Shown here piece by piece: positions 28,101 through 36,150 of a DNA stretch of 64,000 bases. Origin of the DNA: a virus; the IMG/VR virus record IMGVR_UViG_3300036852_000741, positions 32,001-96,000 of that record, one strand, 5' to 3'. A model generated the notes under the pieces. It was not told where the DNA came from. It ran no database searches and worked only from the letters and a program-made list of their open reading frames with translations. Within the stretch, counting starts at the first letter, position 1. Each line of letters begins with the position of its first letter. Both the position numbers and the translations under genes were made by a program.

Positions 28101-28327
28101 AGCTCGTCCCGTCCGAGCGGCGCGCGATCGCCTACCTCAGCCACTCGCACTGGGCGTCGGCCGAGCAGGTGGGTGACGGCGTGGGCCTTACCGCGCTGAT
28201 CGCCGCCGGCAAGCTGCGCCGTCTGTCCAGCCGGGGGCTGGTGGAGTCGATGCCGGGGCGCGGCCGGCGGGTCTACCGGCTCACCAAGGCCGGCGTGCAC
28301 TACAAGCGCACACTGCCCCGCGAATAG
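28085..28327 (+). CDS. Small winged-HTH (PadR/MarR-like) protein
   Basis: LRRLSSRGLVES...RRVYRLTKAG. Confidence 0.7.
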   Translation: MYDRLKLVPSERRAIAYLSHSHWASAEQVGDGVGLTALIAAGKLRRLSSRGLVESMPGRGRRVYRLTKAGVHYKRTLPRE

Positions 28328-28373
28328 GCCCGCGTGGCGTTCGGTCTCCCCGAGCGCCTACGATGGGTTCACC

Positions 28374-31304
28374 GTGACCCAGCCTGGCGCAGAGGAGCTT
28401 GTCGTGGGACGGGTCGATCCGTTCGTCGCTTTGCGGGGGCGGATCGAGGAGGCCAGCAACGGGGGCAAGGATGCTGGCGAGCGGGCGCTGGCGCTCAAGC
28501 GGGTGCGCTACGGCCTGCTGGCGGCACTGAGGGACGTGGAGGGCCGCATCGAGGAGGCCGAGGGCGACCGCGAGCGCGAGGTGCGTCGCGAGGTGCTGCG
28601 CCGGGTGCGTGAGAACGCCGACCTGCGCGAGCAACTGGAGCGCCGGGGGCTGGTGGCGCCGGAGCGCTTGGACGCGATGGGGCTGGTCTCCCATGACGCG
28701 CTCGATGAGGCCGGGGTCGAGGGGCGCCTGGAGGAGTTCGCGGCCGGCGCCCTGGCGAAGCTCGACAACATCGGGCAGGGCTCTGGCGTGTTGGGCAAGT
28801 GGCTGGAGAAACTGCACCCGCGCGATCGCGGGGGCCAGTTTGCGAAGAAGCCCGGCTCGGGGGTGATGACGGCTCACGTGGGCCCGGACGCCGGTGGCAG
28901 GGGGACGGTGAAGCGTACGGTCAAGGCACCGGCCGCCAAGCGGCCCGAGCGGGTGTTCAAGACGCAGAAGGTCATGCCCGAGGAGCTTGTGGCTCAGCAG
29001 AAGACGCCCGAGCAGAAGGACGTGCCGGAGGCCGAGCGTGTCGGGTTCGAGGGCCTGGCCCCGGGTGCTCGCCCGGCCGGGATGAGCGAGCGGCAGTGGC
29101 GCCAGGAGCGTGCTCGTACCCCGGAGGGGGCTCGTCGGACCAAGGGGCCGGTGCAGGCGCCCGAGGAGATTGAGAAGGCCAAGGCCAAGGACCGCGAGAA
29201 GCGCCAGCGGGGAATGGCCAAGCGTGTCGAGCGCGAGGTGGCCAAGGGCGTCAAGGGCGGGGCCGCCCAGCACTTCAATCCGGCCGGCAAGGTCAGCCAG
29301 AAGGCGCTGTTGGACTACGTGCGCAACACGCTGACCACGCCGTCAACGGCCGATGCGCACTCCGAGGTGCGCGGCGAGCAGCGCTTCTATCACCCCGACC
29401 GCAAGCAGCTTCACGACACGATTATCGACACGTTGCTGCGGCGCCCCAACGAGGACGGCACCATCTCGGCGTCCAACGAGTACCTGCCCTCCCAGGAGAC
29501 GCCGGAGGTCCTGTTCATGGGCGGCGGCTATGCGGCGGGCAAGTCGAGCGCGGAGAAGTTGCTGCGGGCCCGCAACGAGGTGCCGGCGGACTCGCTGAAG
29601 ATCGACCCCGACCAGATCAAGTCGATGCTGCCCGAGTTCGTGGCGACGGCCGGCCACGACCCGGAGGCCAACCTGCGCGTCTACGAGGAGGCGTGGGACA
29701 TCGCCCAGGAGCTTCAGCGTCAGGCCAAGGAGCGCAAGCTCAACGTGGTGGTGGACGGCATCACCAACACCTCGGCCGACGAGGTGTTCGGTCGGGTGCA
29801 GAGCTTCAAGGACGCCGGCTACGGCAACGCGCGGATCGCCTACGTGGATGTGCCCACCGACGTGGCGCTCACCCGGGCCGCCGACCGGATGGCCAAGGCG
29901 ATCGAGCGTGGCGACGGGCCGAACATGCGCCACATCCCCGAGCCGATCATGCGCGCTGTGCACCGCGACGTGGCGGCGACGATTCCGGCAGTGATGGGCG
30001 ACCCCCGCCGCGAGGGCCTGGGGGTGCATGTGGACGTGTACGACGGCCAGTCGGGGGCGCTGCCGATCGCCTCGATCGCCCCCGACGCCGCCGAGCCGAC
30101 GATCCACAACGACCCGGCGTGGGCGCGGCTGCGCGAGAAGGCCGACGAGAAGATCGCCGGGGTGGACGCGGCCAAGAGCGCCACCGACCCGTGGGCTGCC
30201 GGGCGCCTGGCGGAGAACCACGAGGACTTCTTCAACGTGACGCCGCAGACGACGCGGGTGTCGCTGGACAAGCTGCGCCCGTCCAAGCAGCCCGAGAGCC
30301 AGCCCAAGTCGGTGGACAACGCCGAGCGGTTCATGCGTCAGGCGGCGGCCGGCGAGAAGGGCAAGCGCGACCCGATCAGGGTGCGCGACGATGGCGATGG
30401 GACCTACACCGTGCTCGACGGCAACGCCACCTACGGGGCGGCGGTGCGCAACGACTGGAAGGACCTCCCCGTCGAGGTGGTCAACGCCAAGCCCGGCGGC
30501 GAGACCACGGGCGGAGCGGCGGTGCGGCCCGGCGATGACGAGGCCCGAGCCGTGCACCAGCGGATCGTGGAGTCTGTCGGCGATGTGCCCGCGGAGGCGC
30601 CTCCTCAGCCGGCCAGCACCGAGGAGGAGTTGTATGCGCTGGCGCCTGCCGCCCAGGAGGGCTTCGTTGACATCCTGGACCGCGGTGTGGGCGTCTCAGC
30701 GTCGTTGGGGGCGCGTACTCACCAGATCACGAACGAGGACGACTTCAAGGAGGCGGTGGCCGCGGTCGAGGCCGACCCCGACAGCCCGCACATCCTCCTG
30801 GCGCCGTTGAAGGGCACCGAGCGTGCGCGCGAGAAGGTCGAGGGCAAGTACAAGGGCGACTGGGGCAAGCTCTCCGATGTTGTGCGCGGGACGGTCGTGG
30901 TGCCGGACATCGAGACGCTTGAACAGGCGATGGACGCGGTACGCCGGGAGGCGGAGGCCAACGGCTGGAAGGTCAGCGCCCTGGAGAACCGGATGGTCAA
31001 CATCCAGGGCGAGGGCAAGCGTGCGCCGGGGCCGACCTCCTCGGGCTACACGGACTTCAACATCCGCCTGGAGGCGCCCAACGGCATCCAGGCTGAGCTT
31101 CAGTTCAACACCTCGCACATGGTGATCGCCAAGGAGGGCACGCCAGGCGGCCACAAGCTGTTTGAGGAGGAGCGCACGATTGTGGATCGGGCGAACGCGA
31201 GGGGACTCCCGCTCACCGCCGCGGAGCGCGCCAGGGTGTTCGAGCTTCGCAAGCAGCAGACGGCGATCTACACCCAGGCATGGGAGGCCGGCATCCCATC
31301 GTAG
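28374..31304 (+). CDS. Polyvalent protein: HPR tag, Zeta-toxin-like P-loop kinase, ParB-like and RelA/SpoT-like nucleotidyltransferase domains
   Basis: LFMGGGYAAGKS, IDPDQIK, NVVVDG; DPIRV...VLDGN; LKGTERAREKV, DVVR, GYTDFN, AELQFNT, GHKLFEEER. Confidence 0.85.
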   Translation: MTQPGAEELVVGRVDPFVALRGRIEEASNGGKDAGERALALKRVRYGLLAALRDVEGRIEEAEGDREREVRREVLRRVRENADLREQLERRGLVAPERLDAMGLVSHDALDEAGVEGRLEEFAAGALAKLDNIGQGSGVLGKWLEKLHPRDRGGQFAKKPGSGVMTAHVGPDAGGRGTVKRTVKAPAAKRPERVFKTQKVMPEELVAQQKTPEQKDVPEAERVGFEGLAPGARPAGMSERQWRQERARTPEGARRTKGPVQAPEEIEKAKAKDREKRQRGMAKRVEREVAKGVKGGAAQHFNPAGKVSQKALLDYVRNTLTTPSTADAHSEVRGEQRFYHPDRKQLHDTIIDTLLRRPNEDGTISASNEYLPSQETPEVLFMGGGYAAGKSSAEKLLRARNEVPADSLKIDPDQIKSMLPEFVATAGHDPEANLRVYEEAWDIAQELQRQAKERKLNVVVDGITNTSADEVFGRVQSFKDAGYGNARIAYVDVPTDVALTRAADRMAKAIERGDGPNMRHIPEPIMRAVHRDVAATIPAVMGDPRREGLGVHVDVYDGQSGALPIASIAPDAAEPTIHNDPAWARLREKADEKIAGVDAAKSATDPWAAGRLAENHEDFFNVTPQTTRVSLDKLRPSKQPESQPKSVDNAERFMRQAAAGEKGKRDPIRVRDDGDGTYTVLDGNATYGAAVRNDWKDLPVEVVNAKPGGETTGGAAVRPGDDEARAVHQRIVESVGDVPAEAPPQPASTEEELYALAPAAQEGFVDILDRGVGVSASLGARTHQITNEDDFKEAVAAVEADPDSPHILLAPLKGTERAREKVEGKYKGDWGKLSDVVRGTVVVPDIETLEQAMDAVRREAEANGWKVSALENRMVNIQGEGKRAPGPTSSGYTDFNIRLEAPNGIQAELQFNTSHMVIAKEGTPGGHKLFEEERTIVDRANARGLPLTAAERARVFELRKQQTAIYTQAWEAGIPS

Positions 31305-31337
31305 CTCACGATGTGTGCTATCATTCAGGCTGGAGGT
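31302..31337 (+). promoter_or_regulatory. Operator/promoter module
   Basis: TAGCTCACGATGTGTGCTA (TAG = toxin stop), -10 TATCAT, GGAGGT RBS. Confidence 0.85.
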
Positions 31338-31345
31338 GATGCCAC

Positions 31346-31657
31346 GTGGCATCCAATGAGACCACGCCAGAGGTCCCCACCGGGGCCACGATGTACTACA
31401 GGGACAACGAGGGCAGCCTATTCCGGGAACGAGACGGGTGGGGCGGCGAGATACTCAACGGCGACGAGTGGCAGTTCTACGCGATCGACATGACCAGGGT
31501 CGTGACGATTGACGAGGCCGAGGCCGAGGAGATGGCCGCCGGCACACCGCTGGACGCCGAGAACCAGGGGATCAGCGTAGCGGCCGGCATCAGTGCTGAC
31601 CAGTACGCCGAGGAGACGCCTGGCGAGAAGCCGGAGGAGGAGCAGAGTGCCGTCTGA
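31346..31657 (+). CDS. Acidic small protein, candidate immunity/antitoxin
   Basis: Immediately downstream of the RelA/SpoT domain; YYRD...LFR...W...IDEAEA. Confidence 0.7.
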   Translation: MASNETTPEVPTGATMYYRDNEGSLFRERDGWGGEILNGDEWQFYAIDMTRVVTIDEAEAEEMAAGTPLDAENQGISVAAGISADQYAEETPGEKPEEEQSAV

Positions 31658-31955
31658 GCGCAAGGACGAGGGCAAGGAGACGAAGGGCAGGGAGCCCGCG
31701 ATCGCGCCCGGGATGTCGCACGAGGACATCGCGACGGCCGGCGGGATGATCGACCTGCCCTACGAGGCGCCTCCGGGCGACGCGCAGCCGCTCCAGTACG
31801 CCGACGACCTGCCCGACGAGAAGGGCTGGACACCCCCCGAGGGGTTCAAGATCGCGGGGGTGGACTTCGCAGACGCAGTGGCCGGGATCGGGGGTGGCGC
31901 GCAGATACCACCGCCGGCCCCGGTCGAGGAGGAGGAGAACGGCTCGACCGAGTAG
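31647..31955 (+). CDS. Acidic Pro-rich hypothetical protein
   Basis: GGAGGAG RBS before GTG. Confidence 0.6.
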   Translation: MPSERKDEGKETKGREPAIAPGMSHEDIATAGGMIDLPYEAPPGDAQPLQYADDLPDEKGWTPPEGFKIAGVDFADAVAGIGGGAQIPPPAPVEEEENGSTE

Positions 31956-31964
31956 GAGCGGGGC

Positions 31965-32216
31965 ATGGCGGCAGAGAGCCGGGCGACGCCCGCCGAGCAG
32001 ATGCGGGTGCGTCTGGAGATAGCCAAGCGGGCAGGCATCCCCTTCCCTGTGGCCTGGGAGCGAGGGTGGCGGCGGGTTAGGTGGCCGCACGACACCGCCC
32101 ATCGCCGTGATTGGAAACGGGCGCTTGGGGCAACCCGAGTCTCATGGGAGCGCGCCTATGACGGCGACCTCTGCCCCGTGGAAGGACAGATGACTGCTAT
32201 GGAACTGGTTGCCTGA
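31965..32216 (+). CDS. Hypothetical protein
   Basis: AGGAG RBS; Trp-rich helical protein. Confidence 0.7.
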   Translation: MAAESRATPAEQMRVRLEIAKRAGIPFPVAWERGWRRVRWPHDTAHRRDWKRALGATRVSWERAYDGDLCPVEGQMTAMELVA

Positions 32217-32484
32217 GCCAAGCGTGTTGGACGGAGCGTTCGAGGTGTTCGTGAGCTTGCTGTGGACCAGCGGCCTGATCGTCGGGGCGCTGATCTTCGC
32301 CGTGGGCTGGCGACTGGGCTCGCGCGCCCGCGAGCGCGACGAGATGATGCGCCTGTACTACGAGCGCCCGCACCTGCTGCGAGCGCGCACCGTGCTGGGG
32401 CCGTTGGCGCCGCGTCACCCGGCCGACGAGGACGAGTTCGCGCCCGAGGATGGGCCCACGCGCGAGATGAGCGCCGTCGGGTAG
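32209..32484 (+). CDS. Single-TM membrane protein
   Basis: Hydrophobic N-terminus; stop is the operator TAG. Confidence 0.65.
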   Translation: MPEPSVLDGAFEVFVSLLWTSGLIVGALIFAVGWRLGSRARERDEMMRLYYERPHLLRARTVLGPLAPRHPADEDEFAPEDGPTREMSAVG

Positions 32485-32529
32485 CTCACGTCGTGTGCTA
32501 GACTCCCTGGACTGACCGACCAAGGGAGG
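32482..32529 (+). promoter_or_regulatory. Operator/promoter module
   Basis: TAGCTCACGTCGTGTGCTA, -10 TAGACT, CCGACCAAGGGAGG. Confidence 0.85.
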
Positions 32530-32543
32530 AGGCGAAGACGCTG

Positions 32544-33497
32544 ATGGGGCGCCCGCGCGGCACCTATCTCAAGTGGGAGCCGCAGCCGGAGACGAAGGTG
32601 CTGCTCGGCCACGTCCGCCAGGTGCTGATCGAGTACCAGAGCTATCTGCCGCTGACGCTGCGGCAGGTGTTCTACCGCTTGGTTGGCGCGTTCGGCTACG
32701 ACAAGAAGGGCACGTACGAGCGCCTCAAGGAGCACGTCCCCAAGGCTCGCCGGGCGCTCATGATCCCGATGTGGGCGCTGCGCGACGATGGCATCAGCGT
32801 GCGAGAGAACGCCGGCTACGACGGGCCCGCGCACTTCTGGGATTCGGTGAGGGCGAGCATCGACGGCTACCGCCGCAACCGCCAGGAAGGCCAGCCGCAG
32901 TTCATCGAGTTGGCGTGCGAGGCCGCCGGCATGGTGCCCCAGCTTGCGCGTGTGGCAGAGCCCTTCGGTGTCCCGGTGTACTCGGGCGGCGGGTTCAACT
33001 CGATGAGTGCCGTCATGGAGACCTACGACCGGGTGCTCACGCGCGACGTGCCGACCGTGTTCTTGCACGTGGGCGACTACGACGCCTCGGGCGAGCACAT
33101 CTTCCGCTCGTTTACCAACGACGTGGAGAAGTTCGTGCGCGACATCGGCATCCTGCGCGAGGGTGGTCATACGACCGCCGTGGGGCAACTCACCAACGTC
33201 GAAGACGTACAGCCCGGCGCGGAGTTCAGGCCCTATCGGATCGCGCTCACCCGCGAGCAGATCAGGGAGCACCAGGTCGAGATGGCCGATGCCAACCCCG
33301 AGGATGACCGGGCCTGGGATGGCGACCTGGAGGGGCGCACGGCTCAGTTGGAGGCGCTGCCGCCGGACGTGCTCGCGGACATCGTGCGCGAGGCGATCGA
33401 GGCGCGCTTCGACGCCGACGCCTTCCAGGCGATCCAGGACCGCGAGAGCGCGGACCGCGACAGGCTCTGGGGGGACCTGGATGACGCCGGTCTCTGA
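32544..33497 (+). CDS. TopoVI-A/Spo11-like wHTH plus Toprim protein
   Basis: LTLRQVFYRLV, GDYDASG (Toprim DxD), RIALTREQI, QLEALPP. Confidence 0.8.
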   Translation: MGRPRGTYLKWEPQPETKVLLGHVRQVLIEYQSYLPLTLRQVFYRLVGAFGYDKKGTYERLKEHVPKARRALMIPMWALRDDGISVRENAGYDGPAHFWDSVRASIDGYRRNRQEGQPQFIELACEAAGMVPQLARVAEPFGVPVYSGGGFNSMSAVMETYDRVLTRDVPTVFLHVGDYDASGEHIFRSFTNDVEKFVRDIGILREGGHTTAVGQLTNVEDVQPGAEFRPYRIALTREQIREHQVEMADANPEDDRAWDGDLEGRTAQLEALPPDVLADIVREAIEARFDADAFQAIQDRESADRDRLWGDLDDAGL

Positions 33498-33717
33498 GCG
33501 GGAATACATGCGCGAGCCGTCGGAGGCGCCGACCGAGGAGATGCGGGTGGCGCCGCAGGTTGCCCACCGGCCGGCGTGGCTGACCCAGCCGTGGTGGGTG
33601 TGGAGCCTGGCGTTCGCCACCCTGCTGCACCCCGGCATCCTCGGCGTGGTGCTCGCCCTGTGGCTGGTGGTGGCGTGCCTGTTGGGGCTCGTGCGCTGGC
33701 TGGATCACCACACCTAG
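33481..33717 (+). CDS. Membrane protein
   Basis: Hydrophobic C-half; stop is the operator TAG. Confidence 0.6.
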   Translation: MTPVSEREYMREPSEAPTEEMRVAPQVAHRPAWLTQPWWVWSLAFATLLHPGILGVVLALWLVVACLLGLVRWLDHHT

Positions 33718-33757
33718 CGCACATCGTGTGCTACCCTGAGCGGAACCCGACCAAGGA
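33715..33757 (+). promoter_or_regulatory. Operator/promoter module
   Basis: TAGCGCACATCGTGTGCTA, -10 TACCCT, CCCGACCAAGGA. Confidence 0.85.
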
Positions 33758-33763
33758 ATGACG

Positions 33764-34024
33764 ATGGCTGAGCCCACCCCTGAGCAGTTGGAGCGCTACA
33801 ACCGGATGATGGTCCTCGAAGGCAACGACATTGCCTTGGAGGTCACCAACACCTACGGCGCCAACCTCAACGCGGGTGGGCGGACGGTCAGCCGCGAGGC
33901 GCTGGACTACCTGCTGCGTGAGATTGAGACGTGGGTGGGCACTCGCCTGCTCAAGCGGATGCAGGCCGACCTGCCGGCGAGCAAGGTGACGGTGCACCTC
34001 AGCGTGGAGTTCCCCCGTGAGTGA
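33764..34024 (+). CDS. Hypothetical protein
   Basis: ATG spaced from AAGGA. Confidence 0.7.
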   Translation: MAEPTPEQLERYNRMMVLEGNDIALEVTNTYGANLNAGGRTVSREALDYLLREIETWVGTRLLKRMQADLPASKVTVHLSVEFPRE

Positions 34025-34808
34025 TCCCGTGACCTTGCGTGCGCGGGGACGCGGGGTGCGGGGGAATCCCGACTCCGAGCCGGGAGACCACTGCGACTTC
34101 TGTGCGCGCAAGGACAGCATTGTCGCGCACTGGGGGGTCCGGCCGTTCGAGCACGAGTTCCGGCTGCCCGACGGCCCGTCGCAGAAGATCGACTACTCAA
34201 GCGCCTGGGGGGCGTGCGCTACTTGTGACGCGGCGATCCGTTCCGAGGATCGGGAGGCTTTGCGCCGGCATACGCACAGCGCCAGGGAGATGATGACTCG
34301 CGAGCTAACCCCCGAGGGGCGCCTTGTCATGCTTGATGCGCTGGACCTGCTGCACGACGACTTTCTCGCGCACAAGACGGTGCGGCGTGCGCTCCCGCCA
34401 TCCGACGACCAAGTGGAGGGGCCCGTGGCCGAGGAGCCGAATGCCCTGGAAATGCCCGAGCCGGTGTCGTTCGAGGTGATGCCCGACGTGCCCGGGATGC
34501 CGGGCCGCCAGACTGGGATCGCGATTCTGTCGGGCATCAACGCCGAGGGCAAGCCGTTCTGTCACATCTACATCGACGGCAGGCCGCATGGCCAGTTGAC
34601 GCCGAACGAGGTGCGCCGGATGGCGATGAACTGGCTGGAGGCCGCCGAGGCCGCCGAGCACGACTCTGCGGTGTACCTCCTGTTGACGGACGAGGGTGAC
34701 GGCAAGCCCGCGATGGAGCGCGAGACTGCCGTCGCGTTCATCGGAATGCTGCGCGACTACCGCGGAACGCAGAGCAGCACCGCCAGGCCAGAGGACCTTC
34801 CCCGGTGA
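34017..34808 (+). CDS. Two-domain hypothetical protein (CDFC...WGACATC zinc finger)
   Basis: Zinc-finger motif plus QLTPNEVRRMA...EAAEAAEHD domain. Confidence 0.75.
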   Translation: MSDPVTLRARGRGVRGNPDSEPGDHCDFCARKDSIVAHWGVRPFEHEFRLPDGPSQKIDYSSAWGACATCDAAIRSEDREALRRHTHSAREMMTRELTPEGRLVMLDALDLLHDDFLAHKTVRRALPPSDDQVEGPVAEEPNALEMPEPVSFEVMPDVPGMPGRQTGIAILSGINAEGKPFCHIYIDGRPHGQLTPNEVRRMAMNWLEAAEAAEHDSAVYLLLTDEGDGKPAMERETAVAFIGMLRDYRGTQSSTARPEDLPR

Positions 34809-35620
34809 TTGACTCGGCGGGATATGGCCGATCCGAGCGACTAGAGGAGGCGCTACTACGTGCTGCCAAAGGGGGGCTCGCTGATCCCGACCTGCGGATG
34901 GGCCTGACGGCCCGCGAGGTCACCGCGCGGACCTTCCCCGAGGCGCCGGACGACCTCGACGGGCCGCCGGAGGTGCGCGTCGGGGTTATGGAGCGCCTGG
35001 AGGTGGAGGTCGCCACCGCGCTGGACTGGATGGTGGACCAGGGCAAGATTGTCCGCTACGTGCCGGAGGGCGACACCGAGCCGCGCTACTACGCGCCCGA
35101 GGCATTCGAGGTGCCCTCGATCGTGTCGGCCATGATGGCCCGCGACGAGGAGGGCCACGAGTGGCTGACGTTCCGGCTCACGGGAGGCTCGCTGGGCGAC
35201 TCGCCCTACCTGCTGCCCGACGTGAACGAGCGGCTGCGCGACACCGGTGACACCGAGTCCGAGGTGCGGGTCCTGGAGCGCACCGAGGAGTACGCGGTGG
35301 TCGCGGTGCGGGGGCCACTGGCCGAGAAGGTCGCGACTACCTGGGACGGCGAGACGGCGACGATGCGCTGGCGGTGGCGCTCGGATGGCCTGGAGTTCAT
35401 CTCCTTCGAGCCGCTGGACGAGGAGGAGTGGGGGCGCAAGGCCGCGGGGGCGGGCTCGACGCTGGCCAAGCTGGTGGACGATCCCCACGGGCGCTCGATC
35501 TACCGGCTCACTGGTCCGCTGGCGGAAGCTATGCACCGGCAGATACTGAGGTCCGAGGCGACCGTCGAGACGCGCTACGAGGTTTTCGTCTCTCGCCATC
35601 CGCCGGCTGACGTATCGTGA
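34805..35620 (+). CDS. Hypothetical protein, N-terminal wHTH-like
   Basis: GLTAREV...ALDWMVDQGKI...RYY. Confidence 0.7.
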   Translation: MIDSAGYGRSERLEEALLRAAKGGLADPDLRMGLTAREVTARTFPEAPDDLDGPPEVRVGVMERLEVEVATALDWMVDQGKIVRYVPEGDTEPRYYAPEAFEVPSIVSAMMARDEEGHEWLTFRLTGGSLGDSPYLLPDVNERLRDTGDTESEVRVLERTEEYAVVAVRGPLAEKVATTWDGETATMRWRWRSDGLEFISFEPLDEEEWGRKAAGAGSTLAKLVDDPHGRSIYRLTGPLAEAMHRQILRSEATVETRYEVFVSRHPPADVS

Positions 35621-36102
35621 GCGACATGACAGAAGTGCTCTACGAGAAGTCCTACAAGGGACTCGTTCACTTCCGGGTGGTGGATGCGCCCCGTTGTGAC
35701 GATCCGCACTGCGAGGCGTGCACCGACGGGGGGTTCGCTGTACGGCTGATCTTTGCCGCCAGGGAGGGCACCGACTCCTGGCTGGCCGTGGGTGGCGACT
35801 CCACCGGGAGCGTGTGGGACGACGAGATGTTCGACGCCCTCTGCGAGGAGCACGAGGGCTGGTTCATGGCCCGCATGGCGATGCTCATTGGGGCACCCTG
35901 GCGGCTGCTCGACCGCGGCTCGCACCTGAGCGACGTGGCGTCGCGGCAGATGGCCTGCCAGGCGGACCTGCCACCCGCCGTCCTGGCGCTCATCCGCTGT
36001 CTGGACGATGACTGGGTGCCGGTGCTACGCGAGCGGATGCAGACGCTGGCCGAGCAGGAGCGGCGCGCTCACGAGCGGTACGCCGCGGCCCGCTTCAACT
36101 GA
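35617..36102 (+). CDS. Hypothetical protein
   Basis: GTGA coupling. Confidence 0.65.
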   Translation: MSDMTEVLYEKSYKGLVHFRVVDAPRCDDPHCEACTDGGFAVRLIFAAREGTDSWLAVGGDSTGSVWDDEMFDALCEEHEGWFMARMAMLIGAPWRLLDRGSHLSDVASRQMACQADLPPAVLALIRCLDDDWVPVLRERMQTLAEQERRAHERYAAARFN

Positions 36103-36110
36103 GCGCTGCC

Positions 36111-36150
36111 ATGTAGCCGGCGTTGGTGCCGGCCGTACCATGGGGCCGTG
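36111..36150 (+). promoter_or_regulatory. Class-II leaderless promoter
   Basis: ATGTAG-N19-TACCAT-N6-GTG. Confidence 0.55.
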
